Positions 59,725 to 64,000 of a stretch of 64,000 nucleotides of DNA are shown piece by piece; positions within the stretch are counted from its first letter, which is position 1; every line of letters starts with the position of its first letter. The notes below the pieces were generated by a model, which saw only the letters and a list, made by a program, of their open reading frames with translations, did not search any database and was not told the origin of the DNA. This stretch comes from Macrostomum lignano (Eukaryota): contig NIVC01000508.1 in the NCBI GenBank assembly GCA_002269645.1, positions 124,001 to 188,000 on the forward strand, in the 5' to 3' direction. A program made the translations under genes and the position numbers.

Positions 59725-61107
59725 AGTCTAGAGTGACTTAAACTTCTTTGCTACCTGAACCAGTCTAGAGTGGCTTAAACTTCCCTGCTACCTGAACCAG
59801 TTCAGAGTGGCTTAAACTTCCCTGCTACCTGAACCAGTCCAGAGTGGCTTAAACTTCTTTGCTACCTGAACCAGTTCAGAGTGGCTTAAACTTCCCTGCT
59901 ACCTGAACCAGTCCAGAGTGGCTTAAACTTCCCTGCTACCTGAACCAGTCCAGAGTGGCTTAAACTTCTTTGCTACCTGAACCAGTCTAGAGTGGCTTAA
60001 ACTTCCCTGCTACCTGAACCAGTTCAGAGTGGCTTAAACTTCCCTGCTACCTGAACCAGTTCAGAGTGGCTTAAACTTCCCTGCTACCTGAACCAGTTCA
60101 GAGTGATTTAAACTTCCCTGCTACCTGAACCAGTTCAGAGTGATTTAAACTTCCCTGCTACCTGAACCAGTCCAGAGTGACTTAAACTTCCCTGCTACCT
60201 GAACCAGTCCAGAGTGACTTAAACTTCCCTGCTACCTGAACCAGTCCAGAGTGGCTTAAACTTCCCTGCTACCTGAACCAGTCCAGAGTGGCTTAAACTT
60301 CCCTGCTACCTGAACCAGTCCAGAGTGGCTTAAACTTCCCTGCTACCTGAACCAGTCCAGAGTGGCTTAAACTTCCCTGCTACCTGAACCAGTCCAGAGT
60401 GGCTTAAACTTCCCTGCTACCTGAACCAGTCCAGAGTGGCTTAAACTTCCCTGCTACCTGAACCAGTCCAGAGTGGCTTAAACTTCCCTGCTACCTGAAC
60501 CAGTCCAGAGTGGCTTAAACTTCTTTGCTACCTGAACCAGTCTAGAGTGGCTTAAACTTCCCTGCTACCTGAACCAGTTCAGAGTGGCTTAAACTTCCCT
60601 GCTACCTGAACCAGTTCAGAGTGGCTTAAACTTCCCTGCTACCTGAACCAGTTCAGAGTGATTTAAACTTCCCTGCTACCTGAACCAGTTCAGAGTGATT
60701 TAAACTTCCCTGCTACCTGAACCAGTCCAGAGTGACTTAAACTTCCCTGCTACCTGAACCAGTCCAGAGTGACTTAAACTTCCCTGCTACCTGAACCAGT
60801 CCAGAGTGGCTTAAACTTCCCTGCTACCTGAACCAGTCCAGAGTGGCTTAAACTTCCCTGCTACCTGAACCAGTCCAGAGTGGCTTAAACTTCCCTGCTA
60901 CCTGAACCAGTCCAGAGTGGCTTAAACTTCCCTGCTACCTGAACCAGTCCAGAGTGGCTTAAACTTCCCTGCTACCTGAACCAGTCCAGAGTGGCTTAAA
61001 CTTCCCTGCTACCTGAACCAGTCCAGAGTGGCTTAAACTTCCCTGCTACCTGAACCAGTCCAGAGTGGCTTAAACTTCCCTGCTACCTGAACCAGTCCAG
61101 AGTGACT
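59725..61107. repeat. 37-bp minisatellite (cagagtggcttaaacttccctgctacctgaaccagtc)n
   Basis: About 37 copies. It is followed by a short degenerate repeat of about 20 bp at 61110-61230. Confidence 0.97.
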
Positions 61108-62662
61108 TGCCGTGTGATTACCGTGAATACCGTGTGATTACTGTGAATACGGTAGGATTACCGTAAATTCCGTGTGATTACCATGAATACGGTGGGATTG
61201 CCATGAATATGGTGGGATTACCGTAAATCCCGGGTGAAAAACTGAGGGATTAGTGCTTAGACTGGGATTCAAAGACTTCGTGTAATGGTAGATTCGGGGG
61301 CCGGATAGAAGCTGGCGCCGTCTCAGGCCGCTGGTGACAGATTAACCGCCCTCACTCGAAGGGTTTTAAGGTTCGGGCCGGATGTCGAGGCTCTATGCGG
61401 ATCCTTCCGCCTGCTAAGCTGACTTTTTTCTGGTCCTGCGGAGGCTGTCACCACCCTTTAATTGAGCAGGCACACCGTCATTTTCTACTCTAACTGAGGC
61501 AGCTGGAGGCCCGGCCCTGATAATCGGGAGTGTTTGAGCTAGCCGTGGAGAAGCCTCGATGGAGAACGCATCGTCTAAATTGGGATTTCCCATATACACA
61601 GAATTATAATAGGCAAATATATTACTATTTTCTATCCTCTATCCTATCTTCTATCCTCAGAACTTTCTGGTGGGCAACGATAGGAATAATTTGGACAGCT
61701 ATGGGCAGCACACTGTGTTCGCGATTTTGCAGAAGGCATACTTCACTGCAGCAAAACCAAACATCCGAATTCTATGGCTACTTATGTTTCTTCACCGGAT
61801 TAGCAGTTTATACGCATCTCTACACAGTTTAATTTGTTTAAATCGCTGATTGAGCATTCTGGGTAAATTCTGTGGTTCTATCAGTTCCGAAGAAAAATAT
61901 GCTGGTCTCCATTACCTGTGAGAACAACACGGTTGATATCGTCTTTAGATGATTTTGAGTGTATTTCTCAGAGTGTAAATTCATTGAAAATGTCTCTTTC
62001 ATGTGCAGTTTCAGTTAAAAAATACAGCTACGAGTACTCGCCTCGGGCTAGGTTCTCAGGCTTCCGTTTTCAGTGAGTTTTGTGCCACAGATAAAAAATG
62101 AGGCATGAACCGTCATATCTGTAGGTTAATCTGTATAGTCCATAGTTTGTGCCGTGTATTTCACTTTCTAATTATCTAAGTAGGTAGTGCAAGAAAACTG
62201 CATTTTTAGTGTCCATAGTCAGCTTCATTACATTAGTCCGCGTCTCCGTTTGACATTCAAAAGTCAATATGGATGACATTGTTCGTATGCTTTAAGGGAT
62301 CAGAGTAACATTCATTTGGGGCTTGTGCCAGAAAAGTTGACTGGGGAAAAGGTTGTCGGGCCATTCACAGCCATGAGGGTCCACCCCCATGGCACAGAGG
62401 GTGTACACGCCCCGACGATGATAATGTCGAAAAGTCGAATGTCGAAAAACGCCCTGTGTGAGCGAGCGACCTTGCATGGGCTCAGAAGTCAGCGGAATGG
62501 GCAGAATTGCCTCAACGCTGGTTGTTGATCGATGTCTTATTTATAGTTATTAGTAATTAGTCACTCAGTAATAAAGTGAAGACAACAAAACTATAAAACT
62601 AATATCAAGTGTGCGTGGGCTTCGATCGCTTCAAGCGTTATTATCACCACCGAATGACGTCA

Positions 62663-63664
62663 TTACTTGCTCGCCCGTCGCCCGTTCTCAACGCTGCGGT
62701 CGGAATCTTCTCCCGGACCTCGCCGAAAGGAGCCGCAGCAGAAGCAAATTGAGTTGGCAGCAGAGCCGATGAAGCGTCGGAACTCCGGCATGAAGATGAG
62801 ATAGACCAGCGGATTGATGGCGCTATTCAGATTCAGAAGAAACGAATCTACGCGCTCCAACAAATACAGGTTGTCCAGCTCGAATCCCAGACAAAGCAGG
62901 AAATAGCCGATGGAGTCCATGGCAAAAAGCAGCACAAAAGCGGCGCTGGTGATGCCAGTCATCAGTGTGAGGCGCCGGGTCACCGCCATCACTTTATTCT
63001 CGCTGGAGGTGCTCTGAGCAGCCGACAGCGACTGGCGGATGCTGCGCACGATCAACAGGTACAGGCTCACCGACAGAGCGGATGGAAAGATCCAGAAGAT
63101 GATCACATAAGAAATGCCAAACGACTTCATCAGCTGTTCATCGTCAAAGTTCTTTTCGCAGTACTTCTCCAACAATGTTCCGTTAGGATTCGCCGGCCGA
63201 GTCCGCAGGTTGGTGAAAATCCAACAGAAAGGAATTTCGACAACGCATGGCGAGGCCAACACCACGAAGCAGAACAGTTTGAGCAGCTGCGACTTGCGCC
63301 GTCGGTACCAGAACGAAGCGCACAGGCAGCAGCACCGCTCGATGGAGATGCACACAAGGTTGTAGACGCTCATGCTGACCAGGGACCAGTGGAGCATCTC
63401 GCTGTGCACCAGCTTGCAGTAGGCAAACCAGATGGAATCCGGTAGCGACTGGGCTGGCACCGGCAACAGTTTGAAGTACTGGATGTTCAGCAGGTTGACA
63501 GACATCAGTAGCGAGTCAATTACGGTCTGACTGCGCAGCATCAGAGTGCACAGTCTGGTGCCGATCTTGTGCTTGAAGCTAAATAATAGAAAGATGGCGT
63601 CCAAGGCCAGGCCCAGCGACAGCACCACTGTCAGGGCGGCCCGAAGCGTGCCGTCTACGTCCAT
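62663..63664 (-). CDS. Orphan class A (rhodopsin-like) GPCR, 333 aa, intronless
   Basis: Seven hydrophobic segments, TM3 YNLVCISIERC (DRY-like), TM7 LNSAINPLVY (NPxxY), and cysteines at the top of TM3 and in ECL2. Confidence 0.9.
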   Translation of the reverse strand: MDVDGTLRAALTVVLSLGLALDAIFLLFSFKHKIGTRLCTLMLRSQTVIDSLLMSVNLLNIQYFKLLPVPAQSLPDSIWFAYCKLVHSEMLHWSLVSMSVYNLVCISIERCCCLCASFWYRRRKSQLLKLFCFVVLASPCVVEIPFCWIFTNLRTRPANPNGTLLEKYCEKNFDDEQLMKSFGISYVIIFWIFPSALSVSLYLLIVRSIRQSLSAAQSTSSENKVMAVTRRLTLMTGITSAAFVLLFAMDSIGYFLLCLGFELDNLYLLERVDSFLLNLNSAINPLVYLIFMPEFRRFIGSAANSICFCCGSFRRGPGEDSDRSVENGRRASK

Positions 63665-64000
63665 GACCGAAGTGTCCGCCTGGAGCGCCAGTCAGACTTC
63701 GCTGCACGACTTTATGTAATATTTTCCCAGTGACTTGTAGTTTCATTCTACTAGAACTTGTTTGACTGTCTGTGACAACGAGCTTTGCTCTGAGCAACAG
63801 GTGTATTGAGTTTCGTTTGCCATGTTTCGACTCTTTTACACGCTCTTGTTGTTTTTGTTGGGCTACGCCCTTTCCCAGTTAAAAGCAGCGTTTTCTGAAG
63901 TTAATTTGTTTCATCACAAATATACAAGCGTAATAGCGAAATATGATAGATCGCAAGCTGGCACTAAAAGTAGCTAAGAATTAAATCAATCTGTTGGAAA

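Noticed and set aside
61310-61330. TGGCGCC as an LTR primer-binding site
   Set aside because: There is no preceding CA-terminated LTR, no paired LTR and no gag/pol ORF.

Overview
Eukaryotic (animal) genomic DNA, gene-dense and rich in minisatellites. The GC-rich exons and introns inflated by private 17-58 bp tandem repeats resemble a macrostomid flatworm such as Macrostomum lignano; this taxon call is inference only. I reconstructed spliced gene models by hand: a GATA zinc-finger factor (+); two head-to-head, highly degenerate SLC6/NSS-like transporters (-/+, the second with a 1-nt frameshift); seven consecutive minus-strand genes (POLR2D/Rpb4, two tandem intronless RING-coiled-coil-NHL-like TRIM genes, SLMAP, a MATH-BTB protein, RPS20, BLOC1S4); PIP4P/TMEM55 (+); and an intronless orphan class A GPCR (-). 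Mobile DNA includes tRNA-derived SINE fragments, MITEs with intact TIRs and TSDs (MULE-type 9-bp, hAT-type 8-bp, Kolobok-like, a nested foldback) and Helitron-like 5' ends. There is no CRISPR array, and most long ORFs in the track are tandem-repeat artefacts. The most notable observations are: about 55 AGATAAG sites inside the intron of a GATA gene that has a non-canonical CX2C-X18-CX2C finger; TRIM paralogs with a nucleoporin-like FSF repeat insert; SLC6 paralogs lacking conserved gate residues; block-wise mosaic identity in both paralog pairs; and a one-private-minisatellite-per-intron architecture.
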